Counted from the first letter of the stretch, positions 14,961-27,598 are shown. The stretch: 47,662 bases of DNA from Amoeboaphelidium protococcarum X5 (GCA_023515725.1 JALDTO010000256.1:1-47662), one strand, 5' to 3'. Notes: generated by a model not told the origin, from the sequence alone. Numbers and translations: made by a program.

Positions 14961-15428
14961 CAATCCTTTTTGTATTATCTGAAATTGTAGATGTACACTT
15001 TGCGTTTAAGTATAAGCTTAACAATAATGCGATAAGTTATAAATAAATTAGTGAGTTCATAGAATGTCTATAATTATGACCAGATTTTTAGTCTGCATTG
15101 TTTCATGGCAACAAACTTGATGCGCGAATCATCACTGATCAGGATCGACTCTGAATGAGCTTGTTGAATGAAGTAGGATCTTTTTATTTATATTTACTTA
15201 CTGAGTTTAAAGCATAATATTCCGAGTAAGAGAGTCGGTAATAAAGAATGTTATAAGAATTAAAGTGTATCTAATCGACATATTTACACTTGTTCGCCTG
15301 TTCCAATGTAGGCAGACAGGTGAATCTACCTGTTCATTCTTTATAAAAGTCCTGTAGTTTCAACGCGTAAAAAATCAGTTGCTAAATCTCAGTAAAAATA
15401 TATTTATTCAAAAGTCAGCAAATTTTGA

Positions 15429-16421
15429 TCAAACTTCAACTTGATTAAGCAAAATTTCCTATTTCTCGGAATATTTAAATCTCTTCAACGTTCTTTGAGG
15501 TAGCGATGTCATGCCAAACAAGTTCCATATTGGATTAAAGCACCCGTTAATCCAGCACACTGTCCAAACACAAGGATTTAACAACAACACGGTGATGACA
15601 ACCATAGCTATATATATAAAACCGTAAAAGCTGTAGAGCAACCAGTAAAGCCATTAATACTCTACTTTGACGTACGCGAAAGGAGTAGATGCAGATTGGG
15701 AAGCCTTCAGCACAATAGAGACATACTTGCTTTCACCGCGCTCAATAACGCAGATATTTTGCTCGCATTTTACGCCATTCTTTATGCTGAATGATGGGAG
15801 CGAGAAGTTTACTGTAGCATCAAACATAAGCTCAGAGTAATCATCCAGATCCACATATGCTTAAATTCGTCTCTAAATATACTCCGGGTACGGACTCAAT
15901 GGATTTAGCAAATTAGGGTACGGATCACTAGGATCGCATTCCTCAGTTTTAAAATCAACATTGTACTACTAAGAACCGGTTTAGTTCAGATGGCAACGCA
16001 GCTGGTGATAATACAAGCCCAAATCAACAAAATCTTTTCCAAAAGGTGATTTGCCACTACAAGCGAGTTCCACCTAAGCTGTAGAGTCACAAATGTGGAC
16101 CATTTGACTAAACCATTAAAGTCTTTAAGCACTGAAGCCGGAGAACTAAAACTTCTTATGATATGAAGTGTCATTGTTCCTAGAGACCTGTACTGGTAAA
16201 TCAAGCCCATAGTACATATCGACACCCTCAGGGAGAGTGACGCGTACTCTTTGCCACCCATCCATTGCAAATTTCCAATGTGAAGTCAAATTAGAGCCAA
16301 CCTCGAGATAGTACGCGCCCATTCTGCCATACTCTAAATAAATCCTAAAGGTAGAATACATTACGGCAATAATGAGCAGATACACTGCAATAAAGAAGTA
16401 GATAGGACGAGCTTTGAACAT
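15429..16421 (-). CDS. Uncharacterised membrane protein: N-terminal and C-terminal TM helices around a Cys-containing lumenal domain (330 aa)
   Basis: Open from ATG 16421 to TGA 15429. Hydrophobic IYFFIAVYLLIIAVMYS and WLYWLLYSFYGFIYIAMVVITVLLL. Three track ORFs lie in the same frame. Confidence 0.75.
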
Positions 16422-16733
16422 TTTACGCTATTGAAATTAGATTAAAATATTATTGAGCAATATTTCGACAGAGAAGGAGAGAGGTTTCATTTTACGCATC
16501 TCTTTCAAACTCACGCGTTAAAAAAATTACGTTACAGCACGTGTTTGCAGACCAAACTTGCCAATATTCGACGGCACTGTTAAACACGCTGGTTAGACTT
16601 TTATATGATGATAGGCGATCGTCCAGATGGTATTAATGAGTGAACACTGAAAGTACGCAACTTCGAAATACAAATTTAAAAACATGAAATTTATTATAAT
16701 AATACAAAACAACATCAATTCAATTGGTTAGAC

Positions 16734-18428
16734 TCAGAGCCACCAACTGAGTAAACGAGACCGATAACTTGGCAATTGCGCTCGACTATGAATGGCGTTA
16801 GAATGTCGACGCTAGTGATTCGACGTTTAAATAGAATTATTATGACTTTGTACCGAAGTCAGTTGGCCATTAGTATAATTCAACCGTTCGCCATTTTGTA
16901 TAGAGCGTAGAACCTGATTCCATACTTCATCCGCGGGGGAACTTGTATTTCCGGACAATTGACCAGCTTCACCCCGGCTCGAGCGATTATTTGTACATAC
17001 TACTTTCTACTCGTCCAATGTACTGGTAGAGTGCATCTTGAATACACGGCTTAGGATAAATGTCATCTCTTACGCGTGTCTACCTTAATGGAGAGCATCA
17101 GAGAGTTGGCAGATACTTTTGAACAGAGTGTGCAGCATTTGAAAATGGGATACAACGGAGACTGATATCAAGTTATCTTATGCAGAACTAGCCTGCAGAG
17201 AAGTGCTTCTCTGTTAGAGAGAGGGAGCATAACCATCCAGAGTAGAAGTTTCAGAGAGCATTGCCAGACACGACATTGAATTATGCCACTAATCATCATC
17301 AGGTTTCGAATGTGAGTCGCGCACATAGTCACGATTTATGAGCATTTAACGCAGTTCGTACACTTCATCATTATTCATCAAAGTCAGAGAAGACCTTATA
17401 AATTTCAATTATTACAAATCATCTCTGAACCATAGCACATTACAACGAATGTTTTCAGATACCAAAAATTCAGGAGATGAGAGTAAAGTTTATACCAACA
17501 TGAGACGAGGTAGAGCGAATATTAATAAAGGATCCTGCTCATTCACATCTTCCTGCAGCACCAACTGTTCTCGTAAGCAATATTCCAACGTTTCCGACAT
17601 CAATAAAGTAAGTAAATCTGCCTGAGATATCTCACCAAGGTTCCTAGTCATGACAGTAGCTTGAAGAGAATTTATATGCATTTCATGGCTTGATTGATCC
17701 GGTCTATTCTGGATGAGTGAGAAGTAACAGTAACAGATTCTTTATTCAAATGTAGCCCAACACGAGTCAAAGTCTCCAATAACTTGACCCAAATTAGTCA
17801 AAATGTTTTCAGTAGTCAGTTCCATTGATGTAAATTATCTCAAAACAAATCTCAATGCCTCGAATGCAGCGCACAAGTATTACGCTGATTGTTTCAACGT
17901 GTCAGTGAACATTTCAATATCGCGAATACGAAATCCACCATTGAGTGCCTGAGCGGCAAATAGAATATTTTCAGAAAAGCCAGCTGACAGTTCCCTCTAA
18001 TCCTCATACGGTAAAAGATTTCTATATGAGCGAGAGGATTTTACTGTGGACGGAGTCGACTCATAAATCAAATCAAATGCAGCCAGCAAATGTTTTTGTA
18101 AACGATGAACTCTCTCTGTAAGCTTTTTGTAAATTCCAGAGTTCACATTTCTTTACTGATGTAGTTCTTGTACACAGCGAACCAGAGCATCATCTACACT
18201 ATACAACAGCACAGAATGTTAAGTAATGTCATTATACTATATGAATATTGATTGATTGTACATACCAAAAATGCAAAACTTTTGTATGGTTGTCACATCA
18301 TCCAAGTTACTGATTACGACGCTGGGGCCAATCTTCTAATACTTGAAAATAGCCGCAAAATTTGTACGAGGAGCCTGCATGTCTCGATTTAACTAGAGAT
18401 TCGACCACGATTATATTGAGATTCTCAT
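16734..18428 (-). CDS. Lateral signaling target 2 (LST2/ZFYVE28)-like protein without a FYVE finger (about 540 aa); intron 18194-18265; alternative start 18380
   Basis: Blocks recalled from LST2: FSENILFAAQAL, FDSCWATFE, LMSETLEYCLREQLVLQEDVNEQDPLLIFALPRL and LHTLFKSICQLSDALH..FILSRVFKM. No R(R/K)HHCR before the TGA. Confidence 0.75.
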
Positions 18429-18672
18429 ATACTGTTAGTGCTCAATTGTTTTGCTCCTTGTGCTTTTGTTCTTCAATGCTAAAATGCAAAAGATGAAACG
18501 AGTGAGAAAAATCTGTTGAAACAAGTCGCGTTCAGTGTGAAACGAGAAACATTTTCGGATAAAAGAGCTCATTTAGAGACGAAATGGATGATAGCCGCAA
18601 TCATCATTATTATATCAACTCATCTCTATCGAGCGATTACTCACACACACACATATATATAGCATTCGACCT

Positions 18673-20430
18673 TCAAATAGCCGGTCTATAACTGCCGTGT
18701 CTTAGCTCACTATCTTGGTTAAAAGTGAATCCTTGAAACTGGGCAGGATCAATGCCATTGCCACCGCTCCCAGACAGGACAGAGCCATCAACGTTTGGAG
18801 TCTTGCCAGTCTTCAGTGTAACATCCTGATCAGTGAAGGCAGGATCAAAGTTGCTCACATCGTGCTCCGAGTCAACCTGAGGCTTAAAAGGAGGAGCCAT
18901 CTACTTCTTGTACAAGTTATCCCAATTAATGTTCTTGAAGAAGGGATGCTTCTTGATCTCCTCGCCATCTGTTGGTCCGCTGCCGAGACGCGTCTTTGGA
19001 TCGCGATCAAGTAGTGCGGTGATCAGACTCTTGGCCAAAGGACTAAAGTTGTCCGGGAACACCAGATCACTGTACAGAATCTTTCTGTACATCGCATGAT
19101 GATTATCAGCGTAGAAAGGAGGAACACCATGCATCATTTCATACAGCAGAATACCTAGAGACCACCAATCGACTGCACGACCATAGCCTTGACCAAGCAG
19201 AATCTCCGGTGCTAAATACTCAGCAGTGCCGCAGAAGGTTTTAGTCAGCGAGTCCGTGGTCATATTCTCCTTACATAGGCCAAAGTCGGTGAGAGCAACA
19301 TGGCCATTGTAATCCAACAGGATGTTCTCTGGTTTCAAGTCACGGTAGATAACATTCTACTTATGCAGATGGTCCAATGAAAGCAAAATTTCGGCACCGT
19401 AAAATTGAGCTCTCTCTTCCTCAAAGCGACCAGACTATTGCAAGTGATAGAACAACTCGCCACCATTCATAAAATCCAGCACCAGATAAAGCTTGTCCTG
19501 AGTCTGGAATGCAAACTTGAGACCAACTAAAAACGGATGATTGGTCAATTTCAAGATGTGCCGTTCACTCATGGTGTGCTCAACTTCCTATCTCTCGATA
19601 ATGTCCTTCTTGTAAAGCACTTTCATTGCATAAATACGATTAGTATCGCGTTTACGCACCTAAAGGACTTTACCAAAGCTACCTTTGCCTAACACCTTCA
19701 ACAGTTCAAAATCATCAGGAGTCAAAGCCTTCTACTCTCCGGCCTTGAACACCAGTTGAATGTGCAAATCACCAAACACCTTCTCTTTCCACTGTCGCGG
19801 CAATAATCTGAACCAGTTATCAGTAACTTTGTTGTCCATACGCGGTGGTCTGATCTTGACATAACCCAGAAATTGATCATTAGACTTTTGGCCCTTCTAA
19901 CCAGGCTATCCAGTGTGAGGCATTTTGTCGTAAATGGTCAAGATAACTTCTCCATCCGGTCTGGTCACGTCAAATACTGCTTCGTGCTTCCACAAAGGAG
20001 CCACCTTGATACCAGTAGAAGTTTTCTGATTATCATGATTTGGCGTACGTCCTTGATGTGCCTTATGAGACTCAGTATTATCAATCTCTGCGTTCAGCGA
20101 CGTTGCCTCCTTCGTAATAAACTCATTGCCTTCAAATGAAACAACACAATATGGACGCGGTGCAGCTCTCTTCACGGCTAGATTTCTACACAATTAAATA
20201 CGACAACAGAGTTATAATTTAATAAATTTATATACTTACTTTGCTTCTACAATTCTAATGACTGCAGCTATAAAATATATACATATACAAGGTGATAATA
20301 AAGTTCATGGGCAGTTGAAATAAGGTGACTTACACAAACGGCCTTTCGCTTGATTTGGAGCGTTTCTCACAGATGCGTTCAGCGATGCCTTTCCACCTGC
20401 TGATGGTTGATTTTCTGGAATTGAGTCCAT
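18673..20430 (-). CDS. C2-domain AGC kinase, Sch9/Ypk/Sck-type (543 aa); exons 20334-20430, 20240-20261, 18673-20185
   Basis: C2: [39 protein letters not shown]. Kinase: [16 protein letters not shown][TAG][30 protein letters not shown]. Hydrophobic motif FQGFTF. Confidence 0.93.
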
Positions 20431-20620
20431 ACTTGAAAGAGTATTCTATATTTCAATATGAGTGTGCAATAGTATGGGAAGAAAAAGATATTATATGAGG
20501 TCAATCAATCAAAAGGCTATTATTAAGCACGTACACCTGACTTGAAACGAAAGTTTTTAAGTTAAAAATAGCACATCCATCAATTTCTTCTCTTGAACTA
20601 CAACACAATCAATATTATAA

Positions 20621-23600
20621 TCACAACAGCTTAAACTCGACATTCCTCACAGGCTTCTTAACGTCAATAGGATTGAGCAATCTTATTCTGAAAGAACTGC
20701 CATTTAAATCACAGGGCAGCTCATACTTTACCAAAGGACAATCGCGCTCAACTCTCCATATTTAAAGCTCAATTTCAGCCAGAACTTGCATCACATGATT
20801 CAGCGACTTTCCAAAAAGATTACTACTATACTTTTACAAATATTGACAAACCCAGTCCCATTTCTCTTTCAATACAGATCCTGTTGAGAGAAGTTTGAAG
20901 CTCCAGGCTCTGTTATCAGCGCTAAATTAAATCAGCAGCAAATTCTTGTACAGCAGTTCAAATCCTTAACTGTGGACATTCGTTATATCTAAGTGACTTA
21001 ACAGTCTCAGCATCTAGTACTTTGATCTATTCTGTTGCAACAAAGAGTCATCCCAAACGGTGAGAGAATTCTTATCCAAACTTTCGAGTTCAGAAGTCAA
21101 CTATTCAACATCAACCTGCAGCTTGATACAATGATCACGACATGCATCCAGTTCACTTGACTTCAACAACAAATGTTACTCCAGTTTACCGACAATATCA
21201 AAATTGACAGACTTTGCCTTTTCCAGCTCCAAAATACGGCTCTCAACTGCAGGAGTAAATACTGACTTTACCTTTTGAGCTTCTCGCAATTAAGCGTCCA
21301 ACTAATGTGAGTTCGCAGCAGCGCTTTCATTTTCTGCGAGTAGAGTATCTTTGATCTTACACAGCTGCATCAGCAGAGATTTAATTATTTCTGAACCGTC
21401 ATTCACTTCCTAGGCAGCAATACTTGAAAGATCTACAATCTTCATTTATAGCAAATCCAATTGAGCGCAATCCTGAGCTTTCAACCAACATTACTGCATC
21501 AGATTCTTGTACTATTCAACACTTTATTTCTGATCACTCGCCAAAAGATCCAGGGTATCCTTGAGTTGACTTTCAATCATTTATTAGGCACTTTCAATTA
21601 CAAACTAATTTTGCTCCGATTATTCGTCGAAATAATCTATCCACTGCTCAACTACCTCGACATTAAGATCATCATAATCATGAGAAAGCACTTAATCCGC
21701 TTTCTGATTGACAATATCCGGCAAAAGATCACCAAATCGGACAATGGCCGTTTCTTAATTGAGCTAAGCGTCAACATCACTGACACTGATGGATGATTCG
21801 CTTAAAGGATAATCTTCTCTGAACGATTCATCCATAACCAACTCCTCAGTTTAAGCAGCCTAATTATTATTAGCATTTAACTGTGCATTAACCATCTACT
21901 TGATTGTCAAAGTGTCATTCACTTTTGCAAAACGTTTGACTGGCGACAAGTCATCGACTTCATTTAACGGCGCGCTTTGTGACTAAGGCTGATAACTTTC
22001 TTGAGTATACTAAAATCCTTGAGAAGGAAGCAGACTATCTTGACTGTAAGGATTCTCTTAAGAGGCAGCGACAAAAACGGGCTATTAATACTCATCTTAT
22101 GCACTGGTAAAATCTTCTTCATTCTCTTAAAGATCATCACCAGCAGGGACTTACATGACAAGCTTCGACGCTGAAGATGAGCTCTTTTTCTTCATGCTGT
22201 TAATCATGGCAACTCTGTGATACGGTGATATGTTATTCTTATCACTGATCTCAGTTTTACCAGACGAAGATGAAGAACCATGTTTGCGCGGAGGAGTAGA
22301 CGGCTAACTGACCTTCTTTGGACTGACTTTTGCAGAGCCATGGCCACGCTATAGATTGCTTGAAGGATCAGGAAACTCTTCAGACGAGTCGACTTGCTCC
22401 GGAAAGTCATTCTTGGAGTACTAGTTCTCGTTATGAGGCTGAGACACAGAGATTTTCTAACGACTATCTGGATGAAGCTTTGGCGAAGAGCTGGCAGACT
22501 AAGCTTTCCTCTTAGTCGCTGACGGCTTAAAGTTCTCCTTTGAAGTTCTGCTCTAGACTTGGTCGGACTGAATAGCTTAACCGCCCACTGACAGTCGCGT
22601 TTACACAGGAGATGATGACAACTGATTGTTTAATTACGTCTGCTCTGACTTCTTCTTCAATCGAGGTGAGCTACGAATAGGAGACTAAGATACACTCAAA
22701 TTGACTTCAGAACTACGTCTGCTCTATTTAGAATCAATAACCGACGGAGTGGCACAATCAAATCCAGAATTCAGTCCCTGGATCGGTGGTAGAATTTCGG
22801 TGCAATCCATCTCCATCTCAGCGTCTTTCATTAGTTAAATGTTGATACCGGCAGCTGATGTAATAGTATCGGCAAAGTCACCAATGTTCTCAGTCACTTC
22901 CATTAAGTCGCTTCCAACATTAGTTGAATTCTTCGTTTTAAACGGGCTAGAGGACCTTAGCCGGGATTTGTACGAGTTAGAGCAGTCACTATCAACTTCA
23001 TCCAACTCAGAGCCGCGCTCAGTAGCACAAGTTGTCATATCCATACTATATACAGACTCTCTTCTAGTGGCATGAGCTTTGAAATCATCAGCAGGAGTCG
23101 ATATTCTGGCAAAGCTTGCGTGGATGCTTTCAATATCAGAACCTGTAAGTGAGTCAATCGAATCTTTTTCAACCAGGTGAGACTATTCCGCCTCTTCAAC
23201 TTCCATTGAAAGTTCCATAGACTAATCAACGGTACCTACCACACCCGTCAAATCCATGTCGGAAGTGGGATTACTAAATTTGGCCGTAAGATTAGTAGTC
23301 TCACCACCAGAGTCCCGTAGAGCAACTTCAAAAGAGGAATTCACCTCACTAACCACGTAAGAATCATCAGAATGAACAATACCAGCAGCAGCACCAGCAA
23401 CACTCAAATTATCATCTTGCTACTCTGTCAACACATTTTTCTTCTCAGGGGGACTCAAGTAAAGCTGATAGACATTACTATCTCTTTTGCCACTACATAA
23501 ATCTGGAATACTAAACCTTTTGTTACCGTCACCGCTTCCACCGGTATCGTCACTTTCATCACGTAGTTCCTGACTCGAGCCACCACTGGAATCATCTTGA

Positions 23601-23818
23601 GAACTTGATTAAAATTACTTCAAAGCAGCCATAGAAGCAGATGATCTACGTGTATGATAGGACACTTTACGAACTTTAGCCACTTCATAAAATGAAACTC
23701 TTCTATTAGCCTTGGACTCATCAGCTGGCAGAGAGTGCATCGTGTTCTCTTCATTCTCCTTTAAGCAACTTTTAGGTGGCGCCAAAGACTATCTCCTCGG
23801 AGTTTTATTCCCAGACAT
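20621..23818 (-). CDS. SPC105: KNL1/Spc105/Spc7-like outer kinetochore scaffold (about 1065 aa)
   Basis: N-terminal SILK-like KSCLK and RRVSF PP1-docking motifs. MELT-like repeats MDLT, MELS, MDMT, MEVT and MDCT. A coiled coil leads into an RWD-like end (YQMLRLLSHLDITNVHSQGFELLYKNLLLIQF). Confidence 0.72.
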
Positions 23819-24136
23819 GAAACTTACAATACTATTACTTCCAAATACTATATTGTTATGGATTATTCGAAATAAACAGTCTCTCTCACTCTCTCTCTAT
23901 ACCGTATATACCGTATAGCGTGAACTTTGAAAGAGTTAAGACGCTGAAGAATTAGTTGAAACAAGAGAAAAACAAAACTTGAAAGTGAAACAGAATGTTT
24001 GCTTTTTGGCGGAGATGAACTCTCGAACGAACGCGCGCGTCTTATTCCTTCAACTTTCTGAAACAAAACTATTTCCATTTTCCGTTTCATTTTGTCTCAA
24101 GTTTTCGTTTCAGCTCGTGCGCTCAGACTGACTAAT
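23819..24136. promoter_or_regulatory. Putative bidirectional promoter with E2F-like TTTGGCGG (24005-24012) and ACGCGCGCGT (24031-24040)
   Basis: 318-bp spacer between two divergent ATGs. The motifs are directly visible; their function is inferred. Confidence 0.5.
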
Positions 24137-27100
24137 ATGTTGCATAACAATAGTGGTGCTGGTGTTGTTGGTATACATTCTTATAGTGCTAATATGACTG
24201 TGGATTAGCAATAGATACAGGTTGTTACACAAGTATCGTCGGAATGTGTTAAATAGTTGGTTTCTAATTTCTGCACTGGAAGAATTTCCAATTGCTTGCT
24301 TTTGAACAGTGAACCTTCATCTTTTTTATAGTAGTTCGGAGAGAGTATATATCTATATCTGAGTTCAGATATTGAAAGTTCTGATGTGCAGTTGTCTTAT
24401 GCTTTGTTTGGCTTTAGTGACACCAAGACTGTTAATCTCATTAATGATAAAGTGATGGATGGGGATGTTGTAAGTCATCATAGTTAGGGACTGCTATACA
24501 AGGCTGCATCTACAGATGAAGTTGCACAAGCATTTAAAAGCCTTACTGCTGGTATTTCGCTTCCTTGTTTTTGTATATCTGTTAAATTGTGTCGAAATAA
24601 TCCAGAAACGGTGAATAAGATGCAAGATTGTATTGAGAGTGGTAAAGACGTGTATTCTGTAAAGTGTAATGACTCTGCTGGGATTCTGAATATTCTGGTG
24701 GTGTAAGAGTTTAATCTCTATTCGTCTCAAATGACTTCTCAACTTCCTCTGGTTGCATCTGACTTTTTGCACAACTTGCGCCATCTCTTATGGCGAGATA
24801 ATTCAATTGAAACTCCGTGTAGCTTGTAATCATTGGTCTTGAGTAGATTATTGAGTTCAATGTTTGGCATATAAGGGATTAGTGTGATTTAGAATTCCAT
24901 ATCTGATGTTCATCCCGCCGACATGTAGCTTTGGTAAGAGTTTCTTTGTACATTGTAGTAGAAACCTTGCTTTAATTTAATGAATGAGATAGATTATAAA
25001 ACTCTGGTCCTCAATGTTCTAGAAAAGTCTCATTCAAAGTTGCGGAAGGAGTCACTGGTTAAGGATGAGTAACTTGATGAAGCAGGTAGACAAATTGCTG
25101 AATTGAAAGTCTAGTTGGCCTCCTAATAATAAGAGCAGTCTTAATTGGAGTAGTCTTTATCATTGTTGAATGAAGAAAAGTAGGAATTGATGTTGCTTAT
25201 CAAGGAACTTTAATCTTAATATGAAGCGGCTTCCGGTCTGCATTAAAAAAGTATCGGTGATTTAAACACTTAGTTGCAATAGTCCAAGTCAGAGCTAGCT
25301 ACTTTAAATGAGGTGGTGATTGATTTAAGTACCAAATTGAAGAATGTTTTAGAAGAGAGAAAAGCTATGGAATCAATGCTGATGGAATCTGATTAAACTA
25401 GCAGAAGATTGCTTGCTGAAGCTGAGAGCAGCAAAGCTTTGCGCAATGAGAAAAACCTTCTCATCGAAGAACTTAGTGGTAAAGTTGAAAGTTTGAAGTT
25501 GGATTTGGGGAATGTTCTTGCTGATAATGGTCGCCTGCTCTCTGTTTAAACTTAGCTGCAACAAGAGTTGGATGAATCAAGATAAATTTTGTAAAGAGTG
25601 AGCACTGACAAATCTGAGACCAAAGAGCTAGAGAATGATCTACGTCTTCTCAGACATAAAGTGGCATCTCTGGAGTCTGAAAAACGTGAGATGATGTACG
25701 ATATCAAGTCTTTCAAAGTCAAGTTGCAACAGCTGGAATCTCTGAATCAAGGCCTGAATGAGTAACTGGAGCAATCGCAGAAGAGATTAGAGATTGAGTT
25801 GTAGAATGTTTAAAGTGCAACCAATGAGAAGGAGATGACTATGAAGATGCTTGAAAATTTGTAAAAGACTTGTGATAGATTGGCCGAAGTTGCTGCTAAA
25901 CCGCCTGTAGCTATTCAGGTCCCCCGTGAAATCGTGCCAGCCGCCGTGAGTAAGCCTGTGGATCATGGTGATAGCAGAAATGACAAGCCAAAGTCTGTCT
26001 CAGTTGCAACTGAAATGTCATTCTAAGCGTCAAGTTTTAAAGAGTCAGTCAAGTCATCAGAATCTGATGTATTGAACTATAAGGTGAGTAGTGTAAAATC
26101 TAGTTCTAAGATAGTGAAAGAATCGAAAGCCAAAGTTGTAGTAGCAGAGCCCGTTGATGAAGATAGTACGAGCATGTCTATCGAGAGTAACGTTAATGAT
26201 TCTGATGACGGCGAATAGATTGCGCCAATTACAAAGCGAAAGAGTATCGTTCCCTAGGATACAGCGACTTCTAAAGTAGTGCGAGACGATATTAATGATC
26301 TGCCCTCAGCGTCTCTGTTGAATTCACTTTCTGCCAAAGTGGGTCCAGTAGAGTCCAAAGTGGGTCCAGTAGAGTCCAAAGTGGGTCCAGTAGAGTCCAA
26401 AGTGGGTCCAGTAGAGTCCAAAGTGGTAAGCGTTGTGCCAGTCGTAGAAGAGAAGGTGTCGTAACAAAAGGTTTCGAGAGCTGCTTCTGGATTAGAATCT
26501 TCTCCTGAGATTATGCCTTAGAAGAAGGTCCGCCCGAAGCTCTCCATTACTGATCCATAGCCTATTGTAAAAAGAAAAGATAAGTCTGATTAAACTTCAG
26601 CCAAATAATTTACTGTCGAAGCCGATGATGTTGCTGCTGGCTCATCTTCAGCCAAAGAAGATGCTGATATCAAGACTCCCGTGATTGTTAAAAAGTAGAA
26701 CAAGGGAAGGCGTAAGACTATCAAATTTCAGCCTTCTGACGACGACGACGTGAACTCTGGCCCTGCCAAATATTCTGCTGTTGAAGACAGTAGTTCTACG
26801 TCTGGTGCTAAAAAGTCTGTCAAGAAGGCTGACAAAGCAAAGTCTGCGCGTCGTTCTAATGAGCGCGCATCGGAAGTGAAGTCGACTAAATCTAAATCTG
26901 CTCCGAAATCGACGAAATCTTCCAGAAAGTCTTCTATTGATCTAATTTTAGAGAAGGATAATGACGATGAGACTCCTGCGAAAGTTAATATTGCCAAGTC
27001 TCTGAAATAGAAATAATCAGTTCAGCCTCCTGATGTTGTCTAATCGGAGCCTAGTATGGATGAAGACAATATTTAAGCTCACATGCAAATGTCTTTGTTG

Positions 27101-27598
27101 GGTAGTGAGGTTGGAGGTGAATCAAAGAGGGAATCGATTTGGGCTAAAGAAGAAGATAATGATGCTGCATTACCGTAGTAGGCTGAAAAGCCAAAGAAGA
27201 AGGCCCCTGTCAAGAAGTCCAAGAAGTCTGTCTCGTTCAAAGACAAGGAGAATCGTCCTCGATTGTCTGATATCCCTGAGGAGGAAAGTGGTGATCTATC
27301 CAAGACTGAAATCACGGTGTCTAAAAGTGCTACCTCCGCCTCTACTTCTAGTCAGAAGAAGATGTCAGGCAAAAAGCAGAAAATGGCCATGTAAGATCCA
27401 GACTCATCAATGGAATTTCCTGAAAGATTTAAGAAGCGTAAATTATCCACAGTGTCAGACACTTCATCTGCCGCTAATCAATCATCATCTTCTTCATCCA
27501 CTCAGATGCTTCCGTAGAAATCATCTGTTATCAATCCTGATGCTTTGAAAATGATCAAAACTTCGTTCAAGTTGCCTAAACTGTTGAGTAAGAAGTGA
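24137..27598 (+). CDS. Large protein: degenerate kinesin-motor-like N-terminal domain, long coiled coil, Lys/Ser-rich tail (1153 aa)
   Basis: Open frame with many TAR=Gln codons. N-terminal elements appear in kinesin order: NCLLL, VQLSYALF..VNLI, GLLYKAASTDEV, GILNILVV, SLVLSRLLSSMFGIQGISVIQNSIS..PADMQLWQEFLCTL. The CDS is well supported; the domain call is tentative. Confidence 0.6.
26334..26426 (+). repeat. Perfect 21-bp coding tandem repeat, about 4.4 copies, encoding (KVGPVES)n
   Basis: Unit ccaaagtgggtccagtagagt is identical in four copies, plus a partial fifth. Confidence 0.97.

Noticed and set aside
18642-18661. (CA)n(TA)n tract just past the AGC kinase stop, and a CT tract near 23880-23898
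   Set aside because: Short simple repeats with no evidence of function.
26334-26426. 21-bp direct repeats as a CRISPR array
   Set aside because: No spacers, in frame within a eukaryotic CDS, no cas genes.
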